Of a DNA stretch of 64,000 nucleotides, positions 13,124 to 26,100 are shown piece by piece (the stretch's first letter is position 1; each line of letters begins with the position of its first letter). The notes beneath the pieces are model-generated. The model was not told the DNA's origin and ran no database searches. It saw only the letters and a program-made list of their open reading frames with translations. Source of the DNA: Macrostomum lignano (taxonomy: Eukaryota); NCBI GenBank assembly GCA_002269645.1, contig NIVC01001876.1:57118-121117 (forward strand), written 5' to 3'. A program made the position numbers and the translations under genes.

Positions 13124-16100
13124 TCAATCGTCGTCCAGCTCAAAGATGACGCTACTAGTCAGCTGAGAAGCGCTACCGACAGAGACTGTCGACGACTGAC
13201 CGACAGCTTTAGGCGTCGCTTTGGCCGCGGGCGGCTTCTGAGACGGCTGTGCCGGCGGCGGCGGCGACAGGGGAGACGCGGCGGCGGAAGCGACAACAGC
13301 GGCGGCCGCGGCAACAGTCTCAGCCTCCTCAGCTTCATCATTGTCGTCGACAATTCTGAAGTCTTCGCCGTTTTCGTCGCCGTCGTTATAAAATTCATCG
13401 TCATTAGCGTAGCAGCCTTCAGAGCTTCGTCGGACCCGAGCAACGCGCCAACCGGAAGTAGAACCGGAACCGGAACCAGAACCGGAAGCAGAACCGGAAC
13501 CAGAACCGGAAGCAGACAAAGGTTCCACAATCGTAGGCGCCGTAGTGTCGCTGTTGTGCCGACGTCGACGAGTTTCGCGCTGTTTTTGGCGCTTCTTGCG
13601 ATTGCGCAACGTCTGATGAAAAGCGCTGATGGTGGCCGTTGTGCTGTAGTGGGAGAATAGGGAAGCGGTGAGATGGGAATCTGTTTGACTCAACAGTTCT
13701 AAGACTCTAAATAGACACGTAGCTATTGAGTTGGATGGATTGCTAATCTACAGACACATAACTAGCACATTTTTATTAGATTAGAGGCAGGGGGGTTGTG
13801 TGCACCCTGGCGCACTTTAAGCGACATAGGCACACAACCGGCGAGAGGCATTACTGCCCATTCCGCCGACTCCCCTGAGCAGGCACACAAGCGCGCGGAT
13901 ACGTCGCAGGCACACACTCACACAGGAGTGTACAGCGGCCCTAACTTTATTTATCGTTAGGAATGTACACTTCACTGCGCCTTGGGGGGTTGGCTCTCAA
14001 GGCCGTTAATTGCACGAGCAGAGCCAAGCCGAGATTCCAATTTAGCCCCAAATTAATGTGACTGCACTTGGAATCGAGCCTGGGTCGCTGGCACACCAGA
14101 GCAGCTGCGCTACCGCTGGGCTACGGCCCCCCTTATAACTAGCACATACCTGTAATTAGCCGACTCCACGTGACTTGAGAAAGACACAGATCTATTGAGC
14201 AACACATTCTGCTGCTGCTGACCCTGACTGCTAGACAAAGAGCTGGACAAATCGTCAGACGAAGACAAGGATGGACTTCTTGTAATCTTGAGAATTCCTT
14301 GCACACGAGATTGAGACTGCTGATCTTGCTGTTGCTTCTGCTGCTGAACAGGCGGAGGCGCCTGTTGCTGGGCAGTCACTGCCACCGGTTTGTCTCGAAC
14401 ATCTTCGCCAACACCGTCTAGCCTGACTGTGAGTCGGTCTCCGCTCAGTTCGGTGACCACAAGAGATGATGGAGCAGCCGATGTTGATGCAGCAGAAGCT
14501 GCAGATGGCGCAGCAGAGTACTGAGCCAGACAGCCAGCTAAGCTCTTATTCATATTTGGCAGTTGAATAACTGTTTTAGCAATTGACTCATCGCTGGCCG
14601 ATGTGGGTGATGGTTTGGCCTGCAGGATCAGCTGATCGAGCCATTGGTCTTTGCGAGTCTTAACAAATCTGACAACAATATTGTCTTGATTGGCCTGTTA
14701 AGAATGATGATTTATTTATAATATGATTAGGCTTAGATTAAAATATTCATAAAGAAAATTAACACAACTGAAAACAGTACATTAAAGTACATACTGTACA
14801 TTATAGAATATACAGTAGATTAAAGTATAGTTACAATACTTTTCAGTACAAAAAATACATTACAGTACATAGCAATACATTGTAGTAAATTACATTACAT
14901 AAAAATACATCACAATAAATCATAGTACTTAACAATACATTACAGTAAATTACAGTACATAGCAATACATCACAGTAAATTACAGTACAAGCAGCACATT
15001 ACAGTGCATTACAGTACATACAGTATGTTGCATTACATCCCAGGTACATATGGATAAGAATATTAGATTAGGAGGATCAAGACAGAGATTCGAGATCCAA
15101 TTAGAATTAAGGATAAAGAAGACAACATACTACACACAGGTTAACATTCTCCTGTACCTGCACAAAGTCCACAGTGAAATCCGATCGCATCACAGCCAGG
15201 CTGTAGTCGCTACGCCAGCCTCCGGAACCGACGCTGGCAAAGCTGACTGCCCAACAGCAGCCGCCGCTTGACACCTCGGCCTCTTTAATAGACTCCGGAT
15301 CAACATTCTTCACGTCAATCAGCATTGTCAGATGACTGTCAGTCTGACTACAGCGAATAGCCGTGCTAGGTAGCAATTGACCAACTCGAAATTCTTCTTT
15401 CATACTAGTACTACTACTATCAGTAGCATTCTCAGTAGTATTGGTAGCATCGGTAGGTTTAACATCAACAGACGAAGCGGTCTCGGAGGAGTCTGGAAGC
15501 TCTTCAATAAGCGGAGCCGGGTCTGGCATAGCAACAGCGGACGAAACAGACTGCTCATCTGGTCTCTGTTGAGCAATACACGGCAGGATTAGCGTAAGCC
15601 GATGAGATTTGCGATCAAATTTTGCCGATCCATTGTCCTCCGTTACTGGGTAGGGCAAGCGGAGCTGCAGGTTGTAAGCGGCTGAAGACTGCTGACTGGT
15701 GACGCGTAAATCACGGTTGTCGACGTCAACATCGATAGCCTGGGCCGTGGTGACGCCTGCGGTGCGAAATAACAGGCATTGTCTCTTTGTTGCTAGGCAA
15801 GAGTATTTGTGGAATTAGGATGCTTTGGTGCGTAGGGGATTGTAGGATGATGATATTAACTGGAGATGGGACTAGGGGGTGATTTGGCTACGGGGTGATG
15901 GGACTAGATGATGATGGGACTGTGGGGTGATGGGACTGAGCGGTAATGGGACTGTGGGGTGATGGGACTGTGGGGTGGGTGATGGGGCTGTGGGGTGATG
16001 AGACTGAGCGGTAATGGGACTGTGGGGTGATGGGACTGTGGGGTGATGGGACTGTGGGGTGATGGGACTGTGGTGTGATGGGACTGTGGTGTGATGGGAC

Positions 16101-18653
16101 TGTGGGGTGATGGGACTGTGGGGTGATGGGACTGTGGGGTGATGGGACTGTGGGTTGATGGGACTAGAAGGTTTAAAGCTATTGGACAAAGCTGCACAGA
16201 AAAAGGTTTACCAGGCAATTCCACAACAATTTGCACACTATGCGGGCAGCTCTGACTACTGCCAGCTAGCGCAGTAGTATGGGACCCATCCGACGGACTT
16301 TCATAGGCGAAATCGCCGAAATCGCTCTGATAAGAGTACTTAATCTCGTATTTCGGCTGCTTGGGCGAATTTTTAGTCGACGGCGACGAATCGTTGTCGC
16401 CATCGGCGGCGCGATCCTGGAGATCGAACTCGCGACCTTCGGCAGTGGGAGTTTCGCCAGATTGGGTATTGTTATAGTGTTGAATAAACGGATTTGGCGG
16501 CTCAGTCTCCAGCTGGGCCTGCTTGTCCTCGTAATCTGGCCGCTTGCGGCGGATTACAGTGGCCTGGGGCAGTCCCTGGATCAGGATTAAGGAGTTTTTG
16601 GTGTTTAAGTATCTGCTGAAGTGTGTTTAAGTATCTGCCAAAGTGTGTTTAAGTATCCGCTGAAGTGTGTTTAAGTATCTGCTGAAGTGTGTTTAAGTAT
16701 CTGCTGAAGTGTGTTTAAGTATCTGCTGAAGTGTGTTTAAGTATCTGCCAAAGTGTGTTTAAGTATCCGCTGAAGTGTGTTTAAGTATCTGCTGAAGTGT
16801 GTTTAAGTATCTGCTGAAGTGTGTTTAAGTATCTGCCAAAGTGTGTTTAAGTATCCGCTGAAGTGTGTTTAAGTATTTGCTGAAGTGTGTTTAAGTATCT
16901 GCCAAAGTGTGTTTAAGTATCCGCTGAAGTGTGTTTAAGTATTTGCTGAAGTGTGTTTAAGTATCTGCCAAAGTGTGTTTAAGTATCCGCTGAAGTGTGT
17001 TTAAGTATCTGCCAAAGTGTGTTTAAGTATCCGCTGAAGTGTGTTTAAGTATCTGCTGAAGTGTGTTTAAGTATCCGCTGAAGTGTGTTTAAGTATCTGC
17101 TGAAGTGTGTTTAAGTATCTGCTGAAGTGTGTTTAAGTATCTGCTGAAGTGTGTTTAAGTATCTGCTGAAGTGTGTTTAAGTATCTGCCAAAGTGTGTTT
17201 AAGTATCTGTGTTGGTGTGTTTAAGTATCTGTGTTGGTGTGTTTAAGTATCTATCATGCTGTGTTTAAATACCTTTTTAGTGTTTTTACGGTATTTTTAG
17301 TAAAAAAAATAAATTTTTGATTCCTGAAAAATCTGCTATGTAACAAAAAACAATGTACTACTTTTTACTCTAAGTAGTAAAATTTTCTCTGGGTCGCTGC
17401 TTCGGTAATACTCGTAAAAGCTCGATAGTGTAAATGAAAAACGATACGTTTGTTTTAGCGTGTACAGTTTTCCGGATTTACACTTTCTAACTAGACGTAG
17501 CAAATGGAGATATTGAAAGAAATTTACTAATTTTAAAATACATATAATACAAAAAATACAAGCAAAACAAAGAATCTCCATACTATCATTGCGAAAAACA
17601 TTCTGATTGGCTACCGACCATTTCTAGAAGCGTCGCTATTGGACGAAACAGTTCGTCACGTGACTGCTCCTTAGCCAATAGCGACAGACGCAGCAATAAA
17701 TAAGCAACTCTCTAACATCTAACCTTAAACGTCATTTTCGGTCGTTTCGCAGAGCCTCCGTTAGCGAATTTTATTTGAAAATTTCTTTCAGCTCCTTGAA
17801 CAGCCGTGTCTTCAATCATCTTCTTGAACTGGGCATTACGTGACGCCATGAGATAGGTGTCCGGATGGAATACGGTGTCAATCACTAGGCAAGTTTGCTT
17901 AGACTTGTCCGTGTCCTCTCTTGGCGGTGCAAAGCTATGCGGTATGGACCAATTGCCGCCGACTTTGCCATTCTGTTCGGTGCGCTGCATAGTGGCCACT
18001 TGGATCTTGTCGTTTGTACAGATGTTGATGAACACCTGTTGGTGCAGAAAACAAGACGCATTTGATAGTCTTAAATAGGGTAACGCGGTGCCAGCTGGGC
18101 GGACAGGCTCAGGACAGGCAAACCCGGACCTCTCTGATGTTTTCAGGCCCGAGAATCTCTGCCAGCTCGTCCGCTACCCTAGAGACTACTGGGCGAGCGA
18201 CCATCCACCTCCTGGACTCTATGGGCGAAAGCGTAATGGCCATCCTGCTATGTACAGATGCCCGGAACTCCATGCAATCTGAGTCTAAGAAGTTCGTAAG
18301 GCTACGGAAATCTATCCTACACTTCTATCTACCTGTAGTGTGTAGTATCTGTTAAGTAACAAACAAATCCTAACCTTTTTTCCACTGGCATCCTTCAGCT
18401 TCAGAACGTGACCAGGAGTTGGATGAATGAACTCAACATCCATGCCTCGCTCCTCTTCTAGTTGAGCAATCTCCTTCTCATAGAGGGCTCTCTGCTCCGG
18501 ATTCTGCAGTTCCTCAACATACTCTTGGAACAGTTTGCGAAATTCTTCTTTTTTAAAGGCTTCAGTAAATCTGTTAATCTCCTCTGGAGTCATATTGAGA
18601 TCTTTGAACACATTTTCACTGCTGCCACTGTTGTCTTTGTTGCTATTGGCCAT
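13124..18653 (-). CDS. DNAAF2: Protein kintoun (dynein axonemal assembly factor 2), PIH1 + CS domains, about 872 aa
   Basis: Exons 18653-18375, 18035-17724, 16575-16212, 15756-15158, 14694-14150 and 13643-13124 are all GT-AG and phase-consistent. Hallmark sequences: EEFRKLFQEYVEEL...ALYEKEIAQLEEERGMDVEFIHPTPGHVLK, VFINIC, GGNWSIPHS, LPYPV...AKFD. Confidence 0.93.
13788..14132 (-). mobile_element. tRNA-derived SINE, family A, near full-length, in kintoun intron 5
   Basis: The minus strand begins GGGGGGCCGTAGCCCAGCGGTAGCGC...GGCTCGATTCC (A and B boxes). The body is shared with copies at 32805 and 57724. Confidence 0.75.
14770..15045. repeat. Degenerate AT-rich tandem repeat (TACATTACAGTAAAT-like) in kintoun intron 4
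   Basis: Recurrent ACATTACAGTA/ACAGTAC motifs. Confidence 0.7.
15860..16165. repeat. 16-bp tandem repeat GGGACTGTGGGGTGAT in kintoun intron 3
   Basis: Directly visible. Confidence 0.9.
16600..17250. repeat. 22-bp tandem repeat CTGAAGTGTGTTTAAGTATCTG in kintoun intron 2
   Basis: Directly visible, roughly 29 copies. Confidence 0.95.
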
Positions 18654-19519
18654 TGTGTGAGCCATTTCAGAGGTTTGTAAATATCAACAGCATTTCATAT
18701 TACTAAAAGTAGCATGAATATCTACAATTATCTGAAAATACTTACTCTTATATACTACTAAATGTTGTACTTTAAGTAGTATTGTCCAAATAAGCTTTGA
18801 TTACAGTGAGTTACAGTATGCATGATGATGAGGTTTTTTAGCAGGTTAATTAATTAACAATTAAAAGTCAAGTTAAGAAATGCTTATAAAGAAATAGAGA
18901 TAATATTAAAAAAATTCAATGAAAAAAATTCATTCTTATAGACTTCCTATATAGAACCAAAAGTTGGTAAGTATTCAGATACTTTGTCTTATTGGTTATT
19001 ATACATGCTGCACCTTTAAACAAAGCTTAATATAATTTGATATAAGAAGCCTTAACAATTCACAGTTCAAAACCATTTTGTTCCTATCTATTACTAGACA
19101 ACTGTACATATATTAGGTTACTAGCATAGCATGCTTCTAGCATAATAGGTAATCAATAACTATAGAACTTGGTTACTTTATGAATGTCTAACCTAGGTAT
19201 GCCTGATTTTGGTTTGATTTGGATTAGTTTAAACCAACCAACCAACATATTTTGCTATGTACATTTACTAAAAGCTATCAAAAACTTATGAATTTTGAGC
19301 CTGCTGAATTTAAATCCTTGGAATAATTTTTTTCATATATAGAGGGCCTACCTAAATCTAAAGCCATACTCATATGATTCATAAGGAATAGAATAGGCCT
19401 TTGATAGACAAGTCAATACCAGAAAATCTGTGCAACAGGTTTAGATAAACTTTAGCCTTGAGCTCCTACATAAGAAAAAGTTATAGAAAGCTATATTTGT
19501 ACCAAATGCAGCAATTAAT

Positions 19520-19930
19520 AAAAGCTTTCTCTTCTCTTTTCTCTTTTTATTCTTTCTTCTGTTTCCTCTTTCCTCTCTCATATCTTCTTCTCCCTTTTTA
19601 TTTTATCTATTCTTTCCTCTTTTCCTTTTTCTCCTTTCTATTTTCTTATCTTTCCTTTTTTTCTCTTATAGGTCTATCTTCCCTTTCCCTTTGCCTCACT
19701 CTTATCTTCTCTCTTATCTCATCTTCTTACCTCTCCTCTTTTCTATTTCCTCTCTTCTTTTTTCTCTCCTTTCTTTTCTGATTTATCTTTCCTTTCTCAC
19801 CTCTTCTTATCTTATCTATTATCTTATCTTTTTTCTTCTTTGCTCTCTCATCTATCTTATTTCTTCTCTATTTTCCATCTCTATCTCGTTTCTTTTATCT
19901 CTTTTCTTTTTTATTCTCTACTCTCTCCAT
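19520..19930. repeat. Pyrimidine-rich (CT) low-complexity tract
   Basis: Almost exclusively C/T; the F/L/S-rich ORFs here are artefacts. Confidence 0.85.
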
Positions 19931-21424
19931 AATTGGAAATGGGTATTTTGCATTTCTTTTAAATATTAATTAGGACCTCTTGTTAATGATCTTTATCCTT
20001 TAAAAGCAAAACTTCATGTTTAATTGAAGATATTTGATCAAATATCTAAAGTTAAATAGAAGCAATATCAAATATACTTTGATATTTCATTATTATAAGC
20101 CTCTTATTTCATTATAAGATTTCAAAATACTATCTATAGCTAGGGCCTAATATTTAAATTAAAAAATGACTAATGTAAATTTCAAGACAAAAAATGATTG
20201 CATTAGGAGATGGAACATTAGCCACTACTTATTAGGCCCTACACACTATGGACTTAGCCTATCACTTGGCTATACTTGGCTGGTTGGGCCCCTTGCTTGT
20301 CTTTAATATTGTATTATCCATCTGACCCTGTCCCTAAATGATAAGGCAGTTGTTATTGTTATATTAAAATGACAATGACCAAGAAGAAAACTAGTTAAAC
20401 AGTTTTTACAGTCAACATATTAACAAATTCTATTTGGGCTTAATTAATTTACTCAATGTGATTGCATAAATAGCGAAACTGTTATTTCTACAGTCACCAT
20501 TGACACCATAACGCATAAGCAAAAAGAAAATGGCTATTTTTACAACCAATGGAAGATATTTTAGTGCCTCCTAAGTTAAGTAGGCTTTATTAAAAAGATC
20601 CATCAGTTTCAACCACATCAACCACACTCTCATATAACGTTTTATGTTTTATTATGTAGTTAGCGGCGAAATTCCATTCATCATTTAAACATTCTAGAAA
20701 AATGAAATATTAAAATTGTAGGGTTCCCAGATGTTTTAATTCATAATAACAAAAAAGAAAGCAGTCGCACGTTAAAGTTCTTCAATTCTTTTATTTATTG
20801 TACATGCGTATTTTTTACAATAAAAAATATTTTAAAATGGTACTGTTTTTTATTTCTATTTGCAAAATATTTCGTCAATAGCACGAAAAATCTAATGCTT
20901 ACGTTGTCAACTTTATATTAGGCATAGGCTCTAGGCTAGGCTAGGCCTAGCAGTCTTAGCAAAGGCCTGGTACACTGTCTTTATAGATACATCTCACAAG
21001 CTAGACCTAGTAAAGCCTCCACAGCCATTACCTCAGGTATCCTAACAGATAAATGATTTATTTTCTCTGACTATAATTTGCAGGAATATCATTTTAATTA
21101 ATTTAACCACATCTGTCAATATCATCGATAATTCGTCAATATCTATCACAACAAAAGTAGACTGGGGCCTAGGCCCAGTAGTTTTTTGTTTTTTCAAAGA
21201 CAAAAGAAAATTGGTAGACCTATGTAGCCCAGTACTGCAGTAGCCCTATTTATAAGTATAACAGTCATAAAATGAAGCAGGACTATTAGAAGGTCAAGGA
21301 ACTTTACAAGTTCATTTGGTATAATAATAATAATAATACACAGTATTTATAAGTATAATTATTATGATCAGACCTATAAATCTGTTTTATAGTCGTATAG
21401 CCATAACTAAGGCTAAGGTATAGG

Positions 21425-21766
21425 CTGGGTTTTTTTTCGCCAGAGACAAGGTGCAAAATTGCACCTTGTGCCAAATTTCAAGGTGCGATTTTAAGGCTCA
21501 GAGTGCAATTTCTCTTGAGTCTTGTTTCAGACAACTGGGAATATATAGACATGTCTTATGTCTATACATATTTGTACAAAGAATGCCTTGACCTCTTGTC
21601 TGTTTCATATTTTAAGGCAGTGCATGAAAAATAGCTTAAGCATGGTTAAGCCTTTAAAGAAAAATGGTTATAAGACCACACCTAAACCACACCTACTTTT
21701 TTAATTTCAGGGTGCAATTTTTAAATTTAGGGTGCATACACACACTCTGCACACAAAAAAACCCTA
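21425..21766. mobile_element. hAT-type MITE with an 8-bp TSD
   Basis: Ends are CTGGGTTTTTTTT...AAAAAAACCCTA; flanks are GGTATAGG / GGCATAGG. Confidence 0.55.
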
Positions 21767-23138
21767 GGCATAGGGCCTTGGTCTAGCTAGAGTCCTAGAC
21801 CTATTTTTAGATTCAGTTTCAGATTTTCAGATTTCAGATATATAGGCCCCTAGCTAAAACTATCTATAGGGCATAGGCCTTATTTTATAGCATGCCAATG
21901 CCAATGATACTATATTATAGGCCTAATGCCTAATTATATATTTTTTATTTTAACAATGGTTGTTTTCAAGCCAAGGCCTATTTGAAGATTAGATTATGAT
22001 TAGGCCTATATTTCAAGTTGGGTTCTAATTTCTAATCTAATCTCAATATTATACCTTAGGATTATGCTTATAATATATCATTAAGGCTAGGCTTAGTATA
22101 TGCCAGTTTTTTCTTGTTTTATATATTACTTTTATTTATAGTTGAGAAAATAGCCTTTGCCATAAAAATTGTGATATTTACAAGGTAGACTATAGAAACA
22201 TATTTATTTCTAGCCAATCTTCTAAATTACTAAAGAGGCCACTAGCCAAGATAAGTTGCATAATCATTACAAAAAGCAAGACATGATATATTAGCTGATT
22301 CCAATTGGAATTTAATTGGCTAATTGGGCATTACTTTGGTTTATGATCATCCCAAACAATGACGATCATCTTAAACAGTGTCAATCACCACAAAAAATAG
22401 TTGTAAGACATAAAATCCATAGTTTCCAATGAAATTAAATCAAATGTTGGTGAACTGACTTTGTTTATTTCAAAAGATAGTAAGATTGTTGTAGGACCTT
22501 ATATTTCACCTTTGGTTTACGATTACCCAAATGTATGTTGCCCATTATTAATGATTTACAATTGTTAATGATTGCCCTACTAGTACTATACTTGTTTTAC
22601 TCAATTAGTGTATAGAATAGCAATAGGTCTATCCCTAGGTCTATCCTTAGAGTAGCATTCTAGTTGAGCAATCATGTCCAATAATGTGCCAAATAACATT
22701 GCAAATTATAGGGCCAAAAGCACTAAAATGGCCATTGCCTAGACTAAGGCAAGGTATGTATACATGTGAAATACCTGTCTAATCCAGCCAATCTATATTA
22801 CTAAAGAGCCAAGGTAAGTTGCACAATCAATTGCTACAAAAAGCAAGACATGATAGAAAAGAAAAACAAAATTAGAAGAAAGGAAACATAAACAGAAGAG
22901 GCAATGATCAAGTAAATTGCAATTTGAATCATCTAAGTTGCATTTTTGTATGAAACTCTAAATAAATGTTTTTAGTCTACATCCAAGCCCAAATTAGGAA
23001 TAAATATTGCTAGACTACAAACTTCAATTTACCTGGAACATGCATTACTTTCTAATGCATCACCATACTGTTTTGCATTTGCAGATTTTAAGGAATTTAC
23101 TTAGGTAGGCATTGATCATCAGAGCTTAACCCAATGCA

Positions 23139-26100
23139 ATGGCATCAATGGACAGGTGTCTAGTAACTTTCTTTGGCGATGGAGACAACGATAGCGATAC
23201 AGACTGTCAGAGTCTTACACCAGCCTCTTATAGCGGATATAAAAGTGCTACCACAGCCAGTGTAGAGATTTCTAACCAGTCTGCAGACTGCTTCAAACCC
23301 CAGCGCCGACAATCAGCCAGAGCTGAACGGCGTCGGTTAAAACGGAACAGTAAAAGTTCTTATAATACAGAAGAAGACGATCGCGTTCACAGCAGCAACT
23401 TAACAAGATCTCAGACGATGCACTGTAGCAAAAGTTGCGGCGAATTGTTGCCATCCAGTCTGCCGCCAGAGAATGATGAAGGCAACATTGAATACAAATT
23501 GAAGCTTGTTAAACCGACCACCTCGCGATTGGAGCATCTGGTTACGCAGTTGAAATGGCGATTAGCGGAGGGTCAAGGCCAAGCTGTCTACGAATTGGGC
23601 GTTGAAGATAATGGGGTGGTGCTAGGGCTCACCAAGATGGAGCTAAATGAGAGTCTGCGCACTTTAGATGCAATGTGTCGCCGACTTAATGCTAAATATA
23701 CTATTCTGCGTGAACGACAGGTGAGTGTTATTCAAGAGATGCATGTGACTGAAGTCAATTCTCAGTGATACTTAAGGTCTAGGTAGGTAGCTGGTCAACT
23801 CAGTCCATGATACTCAAGGTTGAGATTAGCTGAGGTAAACCTCAATCCATGATACTCAAGGTTGAGGTTATCTGAGGTCAACTCAGTCCATGATACTTAA
23901 GGCTGAGATTAGCTGAGGTCAACCTCAATCCATGATACTCAAGTTTCAGATTAGCTGAGGTCAACTCAGTCCATGATACTCAAGTTTCAGATTAGCTGAG
24001 GTCAACTCAGTCCATGATACTCAAGGTTGAGATTAGCTGAGGTCAACCTCAATCCATGATACTCAAGTTTCAGATTAGCTGAGGTCAACTCAGTCCATGA
24101 TACTCAAGTTTCAGATTAGCTGAGGTCAACTCAGTCCATGATACTCAAGGTTGAGATTAGCTGAGGTCAACCTCAATCCATGATACTCAAGGTTGAGGTT
24201 AGCTGAGGTCAACTCAGTCCATGATACTTAAGGCTGAGATTTGAGATTAGCTGAGGTCAACCTCAATCCATGATACTCAAGGTTGAGATTTGGGATTAGC
24301 TGAGGTCAACTCAGTCCATGATACTCGAGGTGGAGGTTAGCTGAGGTCAACTCAGTCCATGATACTCAAGGTTGAGATTAGCTGAGGTCAACTCAGTCCA
24401 TGATACTCAAGTTTCAGATTAGCTGAGGTCAACTCAGTCCATGATACTCAAGGTTGAGATTAGCTGAGGTCAACCTCAATCCATGATACTCAAGGTTGAG
24501 GTTAGCTGAGGTCAACTCAGTCCATGATACTTAAGGCTGAGATTTGAGATTAGCTGAGGTCAACCTCAATCCATGATACTTAAGGTTGAGATTTGGGATT
24601 AGCTGAGGTCAACTCAGTCCATGATACTCGAGGTGGAGGTTAGCTGAGGTCAACTCAGTCCATGATACTCAAGGTTGAGATTAGCTGAGGTCAACTCAGT
24701 CCATGATACTCAAGGTTGAGATTAGCTGAGGTCAACTATCTTCACCTCACTCTCATCCTCCAGATTGACAACGGAACGCGCAAAGCACAAGAGATTCTGA
24801 TCCGCAGATTGCCAAACGACAACATAGAATTAGTAGAAAGTCGTTTAGCAGTACTTGGTAATTTAGACGCCGGAAAATCCACGTTGTTAGGCGTGCTAAC
24901 CCAAGGCGATTTGGACAATGGCCGGGGCAGAGCCAGATTAAATTTATTTCGTCATCCGCATGAAATTCAAACCGGCTATACGTCGAGCGTAAGCTCAGAA
25001 ATTCTCGGCTTTGATGCTCGCGGAAATCTGATTAATTATAGCGGCAACAGGTGCGTTGAGGATATACTTGACGAGAGTAGCAAACTGTATAGGCTAATTG
25101 ATCTAGCAGGCCATATCAGGTATCAGAAGACTACACTACGAGGCCTTATTGCTCACGATCCGCATCTGGTGATGCTGGTTGTGTCTTCCGTGACTGGACT
25201 GACGGATATGGCTCAGGAGCATGCGGCACTTGCGGTTGGATTGCAGGTGATGAGGGCTTAAGTTTTTGGTATGTATCTGACTGGATTAGCTGTTATCTTA
25301 CGGGTGATTCTTACATGATAAGGATTAGCTACAATTGTTTAGCTACAGGTGAGGATTAGGGGATTAAGCTACAGGTGAGGATTACGGAATTAAGCTACAG
25401 GTAAGGATTACGAGATTAAGCTACAGGTGAGGATTAGGGGATTAAGCTACAGGTGAGAATTAGGGGATTAAGATACAGGTGAGGATTAGGGGTTTATGCT
25501 ACAGGTGAGGATTAGGGGATTAAGCTACAGGTGAGGATTAGGGGATTAAGCTACAGGTGAGGATTAGGGGATTAAGCTACAGGTGAGGATTACGGGATTA
25601 AGCTACAGGTAAGGATTACGAGATTAAGCTACAAGTGAGGATTAGGGGATTAAGCTACAGGTGAGAATTGCGGGATTAAGCTACAGGTAAGGATTACGAG
25701 ATTAAGCTACAGGTGAGAATTAGGGGATTAAGCTACAGGTGAAAATTAGGGGATTAAGATACAGGTGAGGATTAGGGGTTTATGCTACAGGTGATTATTA
25801 CGGGATTAAGCTACAGGTGAGGATTAGGGGATTAAGATACAGGTGAGGATTAGCCAATTCAGCTACAGATGATGATTAGGGGATTAAGCTACAGGTGAGA
25901 ATTAGCCAATTCAGCTACAAGTGAAGATTAGGGGATTAAGCTACAGGTGAGGATTAGGAGATTAAGCTACAGGTGAGGATTAGGGGATTAAGCTGCAGGT
26001 GAGGATTAGGGGATTAAGCTACAGGTGAGGATCAAACCTATACTAAACCCGACACCTCTCTCTCCTACAGGTGCCCTTCATAGTGGTGATCACTAAGATC

